From: Neocallimastix sp. 'constans'
Lineage: Eukaryota
NCBI GenBank assembly: GCA_050613775.1
Contig: JBODTK010000108.1
Coordinates: 62,001 to 126,000, forward strand
Direction: 5' to 3'
DNA length: 64,000 nucleotides
Position 1 is the stretch's first letter, and each line of letters opens with the position of its first letter. The notes beneath the pieces are model-generated. The model searched no databases, was not told the DNA's origin, and was given only the letters and a program-made list of their open reading frames with translations. This document shows, piece after piece, positions 1 through 17,574 of this stretch. A program made the position numbers and the translations under genes.

Positions 1-321
1 TACTGGGGAACAAAAAGTAAAGGTTTCCTTAAATCATAAACAAAAAGAAGAAAAAATATTAATATAATTAAATCCTTTAAAGTCATTAAATTACTAATGA
101 AATGTTCATTTAATGGTACATAACTAAGTACGTTGTCCCCTTTGAAGAATGAATTCTAAATATTAATACAGGTAGGTCTATCGGCATAACAAATTAATTA
201 TAATGTTAAAAAAAAGCATTAATCACAATAGGTATAACATTAATTAAAGTATTCTACAAGCCCCATATTTTTTTTTATAGAGTAGGCAGAGAATACACTT
301 CCAGTGCTTTATTATATAGAT
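1..321 (-). mobile_element. Probable 5' portion of a second, related decayed retroelement that runs off the window
   Basis: 278-321 is a diverged copy of 3472-3515, the leader upstream of the LINE above. It is followed on the minus strand by an ATG (~264-266) and decayed higher-GC sequence. Confidence 0.4.
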
Positions 322-431
322 AGTTATATTTTTATAAAATGTTTTTTTTTAAAAAATACATTATATAAATTAAAGATAAAAAATAAAATGTATATAAAAT
401 ATTAAGTAAATTAAAAAATATTAAAAATTAA

Positions 432-544
<113 letters not shown>

Positions 545-599
545 AATTAATCATAGAAAATTTAATGTAATAAAGAATAAAAAAAAGTTCAGAAGTTAA

Positions 600-1140
600 A
601 AAAAAATATCTGTATGATGTACATTATGTATAATAACATGATCACCATTTAAATCTAAAATTATATAACAAAGAAGTAACATCTTTAAAATAGATAGTGA
701 GGTGTCCACTACTAAACTCTCCCCTGAAAATAGAGAAGGATTCTCATTAAGAGAATTACATTCAATAGATTCTGTGAGTGGAACTAGACTGTTAGTATTG
801 TGTCTGAAATATATATAATAGGACTATTAATAATACCGTTCCTAATCCATATTTGTATGACTTCTATACTCCTAATACTGAAGGATTTTATAAATTTTAT
901 ATACTAAATCGATTAAATAGTAACTCAAGAGAGCTATTAATGATAGGTATTGTTTTTAGCAAGATAAAGCCCAATCCCAACAATATACAGAACAATAAAC
1001 CCCCCTGTGAACTATTTAAGAGTTCTTCACTTTTTTATTTTTAGACTAAAGAGTTGTTCGTTGTTCACTTAAATGTCTCTGTTCCCTAGTATCAAATTGT
1101 AGCTCATCTAAAGCTGAAATTCCTCTAAAAAGGAATATGT
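600..1140. other. Higher-GC decayed sequence between the two retroelement pieces, probably TE-derived
   Basis: GC is higher than the flanks and no credible ORF is present. It shares the short motif ttttttagact(t)aaaga (~1039-1051) with ~3594-3609. Confidence 0.25.
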
Positions 1141-1355
1141 AAATATATTTATCGATTAAAATTTTCATATTCTAAATAATAAATAAATACAAATAACTTA
1201 AAAAAAATAAAAATAAAAAATTTACGAAATAAAAAATGAAATTTACGAAATAAAAAAATTATTAATTTTAAAAAAAAAAAAAAATTTTTTTTTTTACAGC
1301 CACAATTATTGCGAACTTTAAACTTTATTTCTATATTCATTTATTAATTACATGA

Positions 1356-1391
<36 letters not shown>

Positions 1392-1469
1392 ATAAAATTA
1401 AAATATTACTTGTCCAATTAGAACATAATAATATTTAAAATAGTAACATAAAATAAAAGGTAATATTTA

Positions 1470-1835
1470 AAATAAAGTGTCGAGTACTAGCCCTAGTCAT
1501 AATTTCAGTAAAGAGCGCCGTTGATTGTACCAAGAATAACATTATTGAATAATCACCAGAAATGATTTGGTTCTTAAACAAAACATCCTATTCCTTTTTA
1601 TAATTTAAATCAATAATGTCTACATCTCTTCCATCAAGAAGGAAGTTATATATTAGGTACCATGTCACATATGTATTTACACACTCATTAAGAAAATTAC
1701 TAATATTAACACGATTATCGTCAATTGACCAATTCACTACATTATTAGTAACGATACTTTTATTTGCACTATCCCTAATTTTAATATTACTATTTTCTCT
1801 ATTACAAATACTTCTATTATTAATGATATTAGTTC

Positions 1836-1872
<37 letters not shown>

Positions 1873-3515
1873 AACTTTGTTACTACTCTCAGAATCTGTA
1901 CTTGATTCTATATTCATATCTGTGACAACAGTTATTACATTACTATTTGATATTGGACAATATTTAGAAGTTATAATTAAAAATTCTTCATAAAGAACTT
2001 CAATATCCTTAAAATATTTCATTCGAAATTTACGGAAAAGATAGCATTTTAAAAACCAATGTTCCAATCGAGGATTACTATTTTTTTTATAATAACATGG
2101 ACACCGTTCTTGATAGTCGTCTTCAATCATATTGGCGGCTTTGGCAACACAAGCATTGAATTTATTTCCACATCTGGAACGAAAGACCCATCGGAAGCCA
2201 ATGCTAAACTCAGTAGTTTTCTTGCAATAAACTACCAAAGGTTTATGATCAGATACAAAAGGATAATCAATAAAATAAGCACTTAATATTTTATCTAGCA
2301 TACTTGAGTTGACTAACGCATGATCAATATCTGATGAATATAAACCTCTAGTCCATGAAATAGGTGAACCATTAATCGGAAGAATAAACAAGTTACCAAG
2401 GTTACCGTTGGTTAATTTATCTTATAAGTCAGAGATGTTCATGTTAAGATCTCCAAGAAGAATAGTTCTGAAGGCATGTGAAAACTTCAGAGAATGCATA
2501 TTGGTTTTATAATGAGTGTTTCTTTGTGGGGAATATAAATTACCTACCTATAGAACACTTAGAGTGATTTTTCATTGACTATATTTTGTTAAAGAGACAA
2601 GATGTGTATAGGAATTATCTTCAAGGACTGCTTGACATGATACCCAAAATATAAACCTCTGTAACTTGGCGTATTTGGATCCATTCATTTCTGGAAATAT
2701 TTATAGTTGGGAATTGTAACTTTACATGAATTTCTAGTATCATTAGTCTCATTATTCGTTTCCTGAAATCATAGGAATAATGGTTTAAAAATTGTTTTGA
2801 AGTACTCAATACTAATCTCTTTTTACAAAATTCAATTCATTTGTATTCCAACTAAGACATAAAGAAAACTTTTCTGTGTTAGAATGTGAAATTGGATTAT
2901 AAGAATTAAGATTGGGAATATTGGGAACAATGAATTCATGATTGTCATTTATAACATTTACTAAATTAGTTGAACTGAGATTTGCCGAGTCAGTACTATT
3001 GGATGTATTATTAGAAATTAAATTTTGTTATTAACTCTGAAAAGAAACCTGATGATTCCATTTGGAACATCAACAATATGAAATTTTAACTCCTGATATT
3101 GCTTTTTCAAATACTTTTTCAAATTTCGCGTGGTTGATATTTGGAGTGAATAATTTAATCCTGAATAAACTATCAGTGAATTTAGTAATTTTTTTCATAA
3201 AATATTATTCTTGAATTTTTTTGGATCTAGAATGAATTCCTCTCTTTTAGCATTGGTCCATGAGTGTATACCACGGATAAAAATCAGCCTTATGTTGTCA
3301 ATAGATGTTCCATAACAGCGAGAACCCTGGTAAAATATCTTTTCCATAATGAAATAGATTTCAAATTAAGTCTTAAACACAAGCTTTGGAATGAATCAAT
3401 CTTCAATACTTTTCATTTTACAATAGCTACATGAGATTACATTTTTTCTTTTTTTATATATATATATTTTATAGACTAGGAAGAGAATACTCTTCCATGG
3501 CTTTACTAAATAGAT
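1470..3515 (-). mobile_element. Degenerate non-LTR retrotransposon (LINE, APE-endonuclease type) with internal deletion of the reverse transcriptase
   Basis: The minus strand carries APE endonuclease motifs in order across frameshifts and stops: LSWNTN (~2845-2860), FQET (~2757-2768), ILLGDLNM (~2440-2463), SWTRG..DIDHAL and VSDHKPL (ORF 1588-2391). These are followed directly by a C-terminal CxC..EHxxxxC module (RCPCYY..LEHWFLKC). No RT motifs lie in between. The boundaries are approximate. Confidence 0.8.
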
Positions 3516-4260
3516 TAATATAATGAAATTACATAATACCAGGGAAAAATACACATACAAAATAATTCTTTTTTTTTTTTTCTTTTTTTTTTTTTTTTAG
3601 ACTTAAAGAATAATTTTATTTAATATATAATAATAATAAAATTACATTTAAATTACTGTTTAATTTGGATTGTATTCGTTTCAATGATAAAGATTTATCA
3701 AAAGGAATACCAAGATAAGTATAGTTGTCAGTTTTTGGTAATTTGTTACTACCAATAAAGAAAGATGGATAATTCATATAATAAATAATAAATAAATGAA
3801 TAAAAAATAAAAAATAAAAAAAAAAAATGAAATAAAGTAAAAAATTTTATCCTAAAAAATTAAATTTACGAAATATAAATATTATTATTCATTTTTTTTT
3901 TAAAAAAAAAATTCAAAAGTATTTTAAAACCTTAAATCATCTTTAAAAAACATCACCAAATGCAACAATACCCATTATATGTCTTTCTCAGCATTATAAT
4001 AAAAATAATTAATAATGATAAAATAAAGTTTTCATAAACTAAAAAAAAAAAAATTTCCTTTCTCTTTTTCTTTTCCTTTTTTTTTTTTTTTTTTTAATAA
4101 TTTATATTTAATTCTTTATATTTATCTTTTATTATTATTATTATTATTATTTACAAGAAATAATTTATATAATATAAAAATTTTTTTTAGGAATAAAAAA
4201 ACTTGGAAAAAAAAAGTTATCTCAATAAAAATTTGTTAAAAAAAATTTTTTTTTCATATT

Positions 4261-4298
<38 letters not shown>

Positions 4299-4523
4299 TT
4301 TATTTTTTTTATTTTATTGTTTTTGTTTTTTTTAATATTTTTGATTTTTTTTTTTTTTTTCTTCGTTTTTGTTTTTAAACTTTTAATTCCAATTTCTTTT
4401 TTTTATCTTATATAAATTATGATAGTTTTATATATTCTTTAATTATTAAATAAATTGTCAAAACAATTTTTTTTTTCTCATTTAATTTAAAGATATATAT
4501 TAATTCATTTTTTTTAAAATCAA

Positions 4524-7030
4524 TTATTCTTCTTCAGCACATTGAGAATAGCTAAATTAAATTTAATAATAAAAAAAAATTTATTGGTGAATAAAATAAT
4601 TCTATAAATTTTATAATTAGAGGATATCATAAAAAAAAAAAAAAAGACTAAAAACTTACTATGGTCCTTGAGAAATACATTTTCCCTTACAACATTCAGT
4701 TGGACCGAAGTAACCATCACCACCACATTGATCGTATAAAGCAACACAAGTTGGTAATGGGTTATGACAGATTGGAAGAATTGTGAAACCGTCACTACGC
4801 TTCTTCTTAGTACTGGTTGGGCAAGAGTCTGGAATACCACACCATTCATTATTTTCAATACCCCATCTATTTTATTATCATAATTATTTTAAATATTTAT
4901 TAATTTACATATTATAATATTTTATACTATGAAAAAATTTATAATATATTGTCTTTATCATTATAATAATAATAACAATTTATATCATATATTTATAAAA
5001 TAAATTTTTAAATGATTCTATACCTTTGATTACCATCAGTTTCTACAACATTACATGAAGTACAACATGGGTAATCTGGTTCCGAGAAGCAAGTGTCTGG
5101 AGCAGCACTTGAACCCTTACAAGTGGATTTAATACCACACCATTCATTATTTTCAACACCCCAATCACCAGTAGTGTCAGAGAATGCAACATCGCAACCC
5201 TTACAGCATGGGAAATCTGGATAACCAGTACAAGTAGAAGTTTCAGACTTACAATTTTCAACAATACCACACCATTTATCGTTTTCAAATCCCCATCTTT
5301 TATATTAGTTTTTTTTTTTTTTTTTTTTTTTTTTTGTTTATTTTATTTTTGATTTTTGTATTTTATTTGATTTATTTGATTTATTTTTATTTAGTAAATT
5401 ATTATTTATATTATTTTATATTTTAATAAAAAAATGAACAAATAGGATTTTTATTAATTATATTATATATAATACATACTCTCCACTTTCATCACTGTAA
5501 ACAGAGTTACATCCAGTACAGCAGTCATAACCTAATTTCTTAGCCCAGCAAGAGGTTGCTTCTTCAGTTGGTTCAGCTTTCTTGGTGGTCTTAGTTTTTG
5601 GTTTTTCTTCAGTATCACCATTTTCATCTGGTAAAACGTAACCATTGTCCTTTAAGAATGGGAAATTATCTGGAAGAGTAGTTTTAGCATTGGCGTTACC
5701 AGCTAATGGATCATTTGGATCTGGGGTACCACACATACCTTCACCATCATATCCTCTATATAAATAAATTATTCATTAATAAGTTTTTTCAATATTCTTT
5801 CATTTTTTCCTTTTTTTATTTTGTATTTTTTTTTTTTTAATTATTTTTTATATAATTATTTTTCTTTTTCTTAATTAAATTTCAAAAAAAAAATTTTTTT
5901 TAACTTACGGATCTAAAGCAATACAACCCCAAGTTTCATCCTTTAAGGTAGTAATATTCTATTTTAACATTATTAATAATATTATATTGTTAAATATTGC
6001 GTTTCATCTTTAATAAAATATATATATATCATTATCTATTATTTTACCTTGGCACCATATTTCCAACCACTCCATTCTCTACATGAAACCATTTCAAAGT
6101 AAACCTTACCAGTACCTAAAAGGTTACCAGAGGCATCACGTGGGAACCATTCACGAGCTTCACCTTGACCACTAGAAATATTAATATCGAAGTGGTATCT
6201 CATACCACGTGGATTTAAGAATCCCTCTTTTTTTTATAAAATAACATATATATATTTTTTTTATAATTATTATGAACATCATAAAAATAATAATAATAAA
6301 AAAGATATTTATTCAATAAAATATATTTAAATATATTTTTATTTACCAGATTCTGGTTGTTCTGGACCTGGACACCATTCCTTATTATCTGGATATGGAC
6401 ATTGATCAGTAACACGAACAACAAGTGAACATTTTGGGAATAAAGCTGGATCAGCTTGACCATCATAACTACCATAAACAGTTAAGGCGTAGCAAAGACC
6501 ACAAGCTGGACCACCACCTAAACCACTCCATGAACCATAAGCTATTTTTTATGTTATTTTTTTTTAAAAGAAATATTAATATATATTTTTATTTTATCGT
6601 AAAAGAAATATTAATATATATTTTATTCTATCGTAATAATTATATTATAAATTCATAATATGAATTTTTATTTAATTAATTAACTATTATTTTAATATTT
6701 AAATAAACTTACATAAACCACTAATAGCAGCAGTTGGACCAGCAGCATTACCCATAGCACTAACATTACAGGAACCACCACCACCGTTTAATTCGTACTT
6801 TATAATATAAAAAAGTTATAATATTAAATAGAATAATAATAAATAATTTTAATTACATTATATATTTAAATACTTCCATTTTAATTTTAACACCAAATTA
6901 GCTTTAAAATTTTTATTTAGATAATTACGTGAGTCATACTAGCTTCACCAGAAACAGCCCAATCCCATTCCCATGCTTTAACAGCTGAAGCAAGGAGAAG
7001 AGTTGCGGAAGATAATTGCAACCAGCGCAT
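4524..7030 (-). CDS. Secreted GH45 endoglucanase (subfamily C / PcCel45A-like DPBB domain) + 3 fungal dockerins (CBM10-like) + C-terminal CBM1, about 464 aa
   Basis: Nine GT-AG exons: 7030-6929, 6797-6713, 6541-6347, 6226-6048, 5958-5909, 5755-5480, 5296-5024, 4866-4660, 4551-4024 read as 4551-4524 (total 1395 nt, in frame). Signal peptide MRWLQLSSATLLLASAVKA. Catalytic region SGEASMTHY..GPTAAISGLSYGSWSGLGGGPACGLCYALT..VVRVTDQCPYPDNKEWC..NPRGMRYHFDI..FEMVSCREWSG. Three C..Y/FxCC..C...WGxENxxWCGI dockerins. CBM1 [31 protein letters not shown]. Confidence 0.9.
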
Positions 7031-9482
7031 TTTCTTTTCTTTTCTCTATAAAATTAAAATTAACAATTAAAATAATACAATTTGATTTTAATATTACTTC
7101 CAAATTATTATTTACTTTGGTAAATTTTAAAATTTATTCTTTTTTATATCATATATAATTATTATTATTATTTTTTTTTTTCTTTTGAAATAAATGAAAA
7201 ATTTATCTTCATATTTGAAGGTATTATCAAATGAATTTCGAATTATAAAAAATAAGTAATTCCAAGAAAAAAAAATAATATATATATTGGAAGCTTAAGC
7301 GATGATTTTATAACCTATGATATTTGATGATTTTCCTTCTCTTTTTTTTTTTATTATTCAATATTAAATTTTCATTACACTTTTTTAATATTATTTTTTA
7401 ATTTTTATTATCTTTACTTTATATTCATTTTTACAAATCTGCTATAATTCACTTTTTTCAGATTGATTCTTAAAATGATACTATTATTATTATTATGGAT
7501 GTTATTTTTTTAATAAAATCATAATATTACCTTTAATAATTAAAATATACTTAATATGTAGATTTTATTTTATTTATTTTTATATTTATTATATCAAATA
7601 ATAAATTAATTTTAAAAAATTACAATTAAATTTTATTGTTTTTATTTCTAAAATTTACTTTAAAAAAAAAATACTAATTAAACAAGATTAATAAATAAAA
7701 AAAAAAATTTTTTTTTCTTATTTTATTATAATTATAATAATTATTTATTTAATTATTAATTATTTAATTATTATTTTTTTTTTTTATAATTTTCTAATAT
7801 TTTATTAATAAAAAAAAAATTCAATTTTTTAAAAAATAAATTTTTGATAAATTATTTATTAAAATATTTATATGAAAAATAAAAAAATTCTTTCTAAGGA
7901 TTAAAATTTATTTTCTTTATGTTCGAAACTATTGGTTAATATATATAAATATATTATAATTAATATATAATAAATATTATTCAATATTTATATATTAATT
8001 GGAAAAGAATAAAAATCAATGGAATAAACTTTTTATTATTATTTTTTATATTTTATAATTAACAATCACCACAAAAAAAATTTTTTTTAAATAATAATTT
8101 AAATTTGAATAATAGTTGTTAATCATTTTATTGTAATATATAATATTATATATTAAACACATATACTAAATAATATATATTAATATATATTAAATATTAT
8201 GATAAATGTTTTTTTTATTATTATTAAAATTATTGAAATTTTATTAAAAATGAATCTAATAAATTTTAATATAAACTGCTTAATTATATATATATAATAA
8301 TATAAAATTGAATTAATATTATTACAATATATTTTATAATAAATTAAGTTTTCAATCTATTATAATAGAAAAATATAAAAAAAAAAAAAAAAGAAATTAA
8401 TCCTAAATAAATAATGTTTAATAATAAATAATATATAATTGAATAATAAATAAATAATAAATAATAAATAATAAATAATAAATAATAGAATAATAAATAA
8501 TTAAATAATAAAAATAATAAAAATGACACATTTTATTGATTGATTTATATGGTTTGACGAGTGAGCCAAATTTTAATGGAAAATTTAAACCTATTCAAAA
8601 ACTTTATTTAATAATAATTTTATTTATCTTCTTTTTTATTTTAAAATATGATGAAATAGAATTAGGAATTGATTAATAATTATGGGAATGATTATTAGAG
8701 GATTGGTTATTTCTTTTTATTTCTATTTATTTTAAATAATTATTCATGAAATACTGCAAAAAAGTTGAAGTAAAATATTAATATTTCTATAAATTCATTT
8801 CTTATTAAATATTTTATTTAACTTTAATTTTTTTTTGTTGTTATTACAGTACTTAATAAATTTAAATGGATTATATATATAAATTTAAATTTGTTTTGTC
8901 TTTATATTAAATTTTTTTATTTATAAAACATGAAACTAATGAACTTTTTTTTTTCTTTATTAACAACAGTTTCAACCTTTTTAAAGTTCATATTCATACG
9001 GTCAAAAGATAATTTATATATTATAATAACTAATAATTAATAACAAATAATAACTAATAAATTACATTAAAAAAATAAAAATATATAAAAATAAAAAAAA
9101 AAAAAGACAAACTTTAATACTAATAAAAAATAGCCGTTAATTTAAATTAAAGATATTTGTATTGCAAATCTTAATTCGTGTAACCATGTTTATTAATGTA
9201 AATAAAGTTTATTTTCTAGTAAAACATTAACCACATTAATTAAATTTGGAAGATCATTTATTTAAAATAAATTAATGAATAGTTATATAGCATTATCATA
9301 ATATATTAATATAATACATTATTCCTTTTTTGGAAATGTTAAAATAATATCAATTAAATTAAAGGAAAGTCATTGGATATTCAGAAATTCAAATGAAAAA
9401 CGAAAAACCTTAATATTATATAAAATGTAAGAATATATAAATATAGAATATATAAAAATTTAAAATAAAATATTTATTTATC

Positions 9483-9652
<170 letters not shown>

Positions 9653-10044
9653 TAAACAAAAGAATTAATAATTTAATCATTGAAAGAAAATTAAATTTTT
9701 TTTGGTCAACAAGTAATAACAATTATTACGAATAAAAATTTTTTCTCTCTTTTTATACCTATTTAAAATAATTTTTACAAAAATAGAAAAAAAAAATTTT
9801 TTTATTTTATTTAAAATATTTTAAATTTTGGATATAATAAATATTAATATATAATAAATATAAATATTTATGTAATAAATAAAATTAATTTATATAAATA
9901 TATCTAATATTAAAATATAAATATAAATATGACCATAAAATATAAATATAAATATGACCATAAAATTTTAAATTTATATTTATTAATAGTTTCAGATAAT
10001 ATAAATGAATTAAATTTCAAAAAAAAATAAAAAAAAAATTTAAA

Positions 10045-10242
10045 ATGGGTTGGATAAAAGTTACATCAAACGTTTTTAAATTTATTTTGGATCATCCTGT
10101 GGAAGCAAATGCCTATTACTATTCCACTAAACAAGGTTGCAAAGGAATATATTATAAAGACAAAGAAGCTGTATTGAAAGTTTGTAAAGATCCAAGATGT
10201 CAGTCATGTGGTGAATTAGTAAGAGATCACACTTTATCATAA
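10045..10242 (+). CDS. Small uncharacterised Cys-containing protein (65 aa)
   Basis: An intronless ORF with balanced amino-acid composition and clearly higher GC than its very AT-rich flanks. Start context is aaaATGG. The GC island coincides with the ORF limits. It contains CKDPRCQSC. Confidence 0.55.
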   Translation: MGWIKVTSNVFKFILDHPVEANAYYYSTKQGCKGIYYKDKEAVLKVCKDPRCQSCGELVRDHTLS

Positions 10243-10959
10243 TACAGAAAATCAAAAATGTTTAAATTCAAATAATAATACTAATAATAATAATAGCAAT
10301 AATAATAATACTTCAATATAAATATTACCATATGTTATAAACTATTATATTTTATAATTTATATTTATTGTTCATACTAAATTATGTGATATATTAATTC
10401 TTTTTAATTTTTTAAATTTTATTATTATTCGTTTATTTATATAAAAATTAACGTATAATGAAATTAAACTTATAATAAAATTTATTATTAATTAAAATAA
10501 ATATATTTTAATTTAATAATATATGAAGTTATTACAATTTTAATCTTTTAAACTTTTAATGTAATATTTATGATAAAAATATCTTTTTATAAAAATTCTA
10601 ACGATATAAATCTTTTTTAATCTTAATGTAATTATTTTAACAAAATTTTTATGTAATACTTATTTTTTTTTTTTACTATCTTTACTTTATTATTTAACTT
10701 CTTACTTTTTACTTTCATTATTTCTTTTATTTCTTTTCTTTATTTTTTTTTTATTATTTTTTTCCTTTTTTTTTTTTTTTTTTTATTTCTTCTTCTACCT
10801 TTTTCTTTTATTTTTTCTTTTATTTTTTTTCTTTTTCTTATTTTTTTTCATATTTTTTTTCATATTCTTATTTTTATTCTTTTTCTTATTCTTTTTCTTT
10901 TCCGTTAATTTATATTTTTTTTCTTTTTTTTCTTTTCCTTTTTTTTCTCTAATTAATTC

Positions 10960-15077
<4,118 letters not shown>

Positions 15078-15097
15078 ATAGGGCGACTTTTTTTTAT

Positions 15098-15128
<31 letters not shown>

Positions 15129-17313
15129 AACTATACTTTCTTAATTATATAATAATTAAGAATATATATATATAAAAATAGTATATATATATAATATTGT
15201 ATGTTATAAAAAAATAAATAAAAATAAAATAAAAAATATATATATTATATAATTATATAATTATATTTTATTATTTTTTTAATTTTTTATTTTTTTATAT
15301 GTTTAAAAATGTTAATTATTATTTTATTTTTTTTTTTTTTTTAGTATATAATCATATAATATTTTGTAATTATATATTATTAATTAAATTTTTTTTATTA
15401 TTTTTTTTTATTACTATTATTTTTTTTTATATGAATAAAATTATTATTATTTAATGATTTTTTTTTAGTAAATCTTTTATATTATCTTATATATATACAT
15501 ATATATATATCAAAAATAAACAATAATTAAACAATAATTATTGAAAAAAAAAAAAAATAGATTAAATCATATTAAAAAAAAAAAAAAAGCATTAAATAAT
15601 ATAAACTTTTTTATATAATATATAATATTAATATATAAATTAGAATTATTATCATTTAAAAATAATTGCTATTAAGGTAATAATAATAATATACATAATA
15701 AAAATAAAAAAAAAAATAAAAAAAAAAATATTCATATATATTTAACCCATGAAATATAAAAAAAAAAAATTTTTTTTTGTTTCTTTTTTTTCAAAATATT
15801 CTATCCTTTTTAATTTATGAACTCCGACGAATAAAAATTTTTGATTCGAAAATTATTTTTTTTTAAAAATAAAAAAGAAAAAAATTTGATCTAAAAAATT
15901 TTTATTTCAAAAATTTTTATTTCTGTTTTTAGTATTAAAATTAATTAAGGGAGATTAGGTGTATAAATAATAATTTTTAATATTTCATATTTTGTATATA
16001 TATAATTATCAATATCAAAAAGAAAAAAAAAATAATATGAATGATACATAATAAACTAGTTCAATATATTTTATTTCCAATATCTTAAAAAAAATTTTTT
16101 TTTTATGTATTTTCTATGATTTAAATATTTTAAAATGATAACATGAATTAAAAACAAGTAATGATATTTATTTAATTAAAAATATCAATATATTATATAT
16201 TTAAATATATAATATATCGATATAAATTAACTATTTATTATTGATATAGTATATGTTGCCATAAAATTAAAAATAATTAATCACTTTAATATATAATATG
16301 TTTTCTGAAATTAATTTTAAACATTTGTATATATAATCTCTTGAAATAATTTTATTTTTACTTTTACATATTATTTTTAGATATATATATAAATTGCAAT
16401 AATAAATATACATGATAATAATAGTTATTTAATTTCTTTTACTATGGATATATCTATATATGCTTTTATTTAATTTAATTTTATTTTGTTTTATATTTAA
16501 TTTAATTTTTATTTTATTTTATTACTTCTCTTTTTCATAAAAATAACGCTATATTCTTCACTATTACATTAACAATCAAAATCATCTTGTCATAACCTAC
16601 ATATAATATTATCAATCAATCAATAAATGATTAAAATAATTTTGGAAATTTTTATTTTATTTTATTTTTTAATTCAATATATATATTTCAACTAATTATT
16701 TAATTTTATTTTATTTTTTCGTTCTGTGTAACATAACTTATTTGTTGGATGATCAATACCTATATTTAAAGGATTAATTGGATTAATAATAAATAAATAA
16801 ATATATATATATATATATATATAAATATATAAATAAACATATTAATAACAACAATAATAAATAATTAAATAAATAAGTAAATTAATAAACTAATAAAAAA
16901 AATTTCTTAAGCCATAAAGAATAGAATATAATATAAATGAGGATATTACAACAAGAAAATTTCAATTAAAATTAAATGGATGTAAAACATAGTAATAATG
17001 GTATTTATCGATCCAAAATTTAATAGTAATACATATATATATAATATATATTTTCATACATATTATAAATATATAATAATTTTAAAAATCAATCATCAAT
17101 ATGAAAAATGATATATAAAAATAAAAAGAAAATTAATAATTATTATTATGAAAAAAAAAAAAAAAAAAAATACTATTGATAAAAAAATTAACTCTTAAAA
17201 TAATATATATATATATTTATCTTTTTTTTTATATGCTTAATTTTTATTATTATTACTATTATTTTTTTTTATGTGGTTTTTCTTTTTCTTTTTTTTTTTT
17301 TTATTTTTTTTTT

Positions 17314-17356
<43 letters not shown>

Positions 17357-17574
17357 TTTTATTTCTTATATATGTGTTTAATATATTTAAAGATTTTATT
17401 TATTTAGTTATTTAGTTATTTATTTTTTTATATTTTTATTATATATATATATTTTTAATTTATTTTCCAATTTTTTAATAGTTTAATTTTTAATTTTTTT
17501 TTTTTTTTTTAAAAAAAAAAAAATTAAAGCGAGAAAGAAAGGGGAAAAAATTAAAATAAAAAAAAAAAGAGAAC

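Noticed and set aside
4203..4415. Poly-F/Y/I/K/N ORFs in the track (e.g. 4203, 8344, 13010, 17176, 22747, 28009, 30691, 31520, 45442, 45468, 58172, 62191)
   Set aside because: They are translations of homopolymers and microsatellites, not genes.
4520..6658. Track ORFs 4520-4858, 5043-5288, 6215-6475 and 6425-6658
   Set aside because: They are wrong-frame or antisense readings of exons of the GH45-dockerin-CBM1 gene.
5725..6970. Calling the N-terminal domain an expansin or swollenin
   Set aside because: No expansin D2/CBM63 domain follows, and the motif-by-motif similarity to PcCel45A is closer. A phylogeny is still needed.
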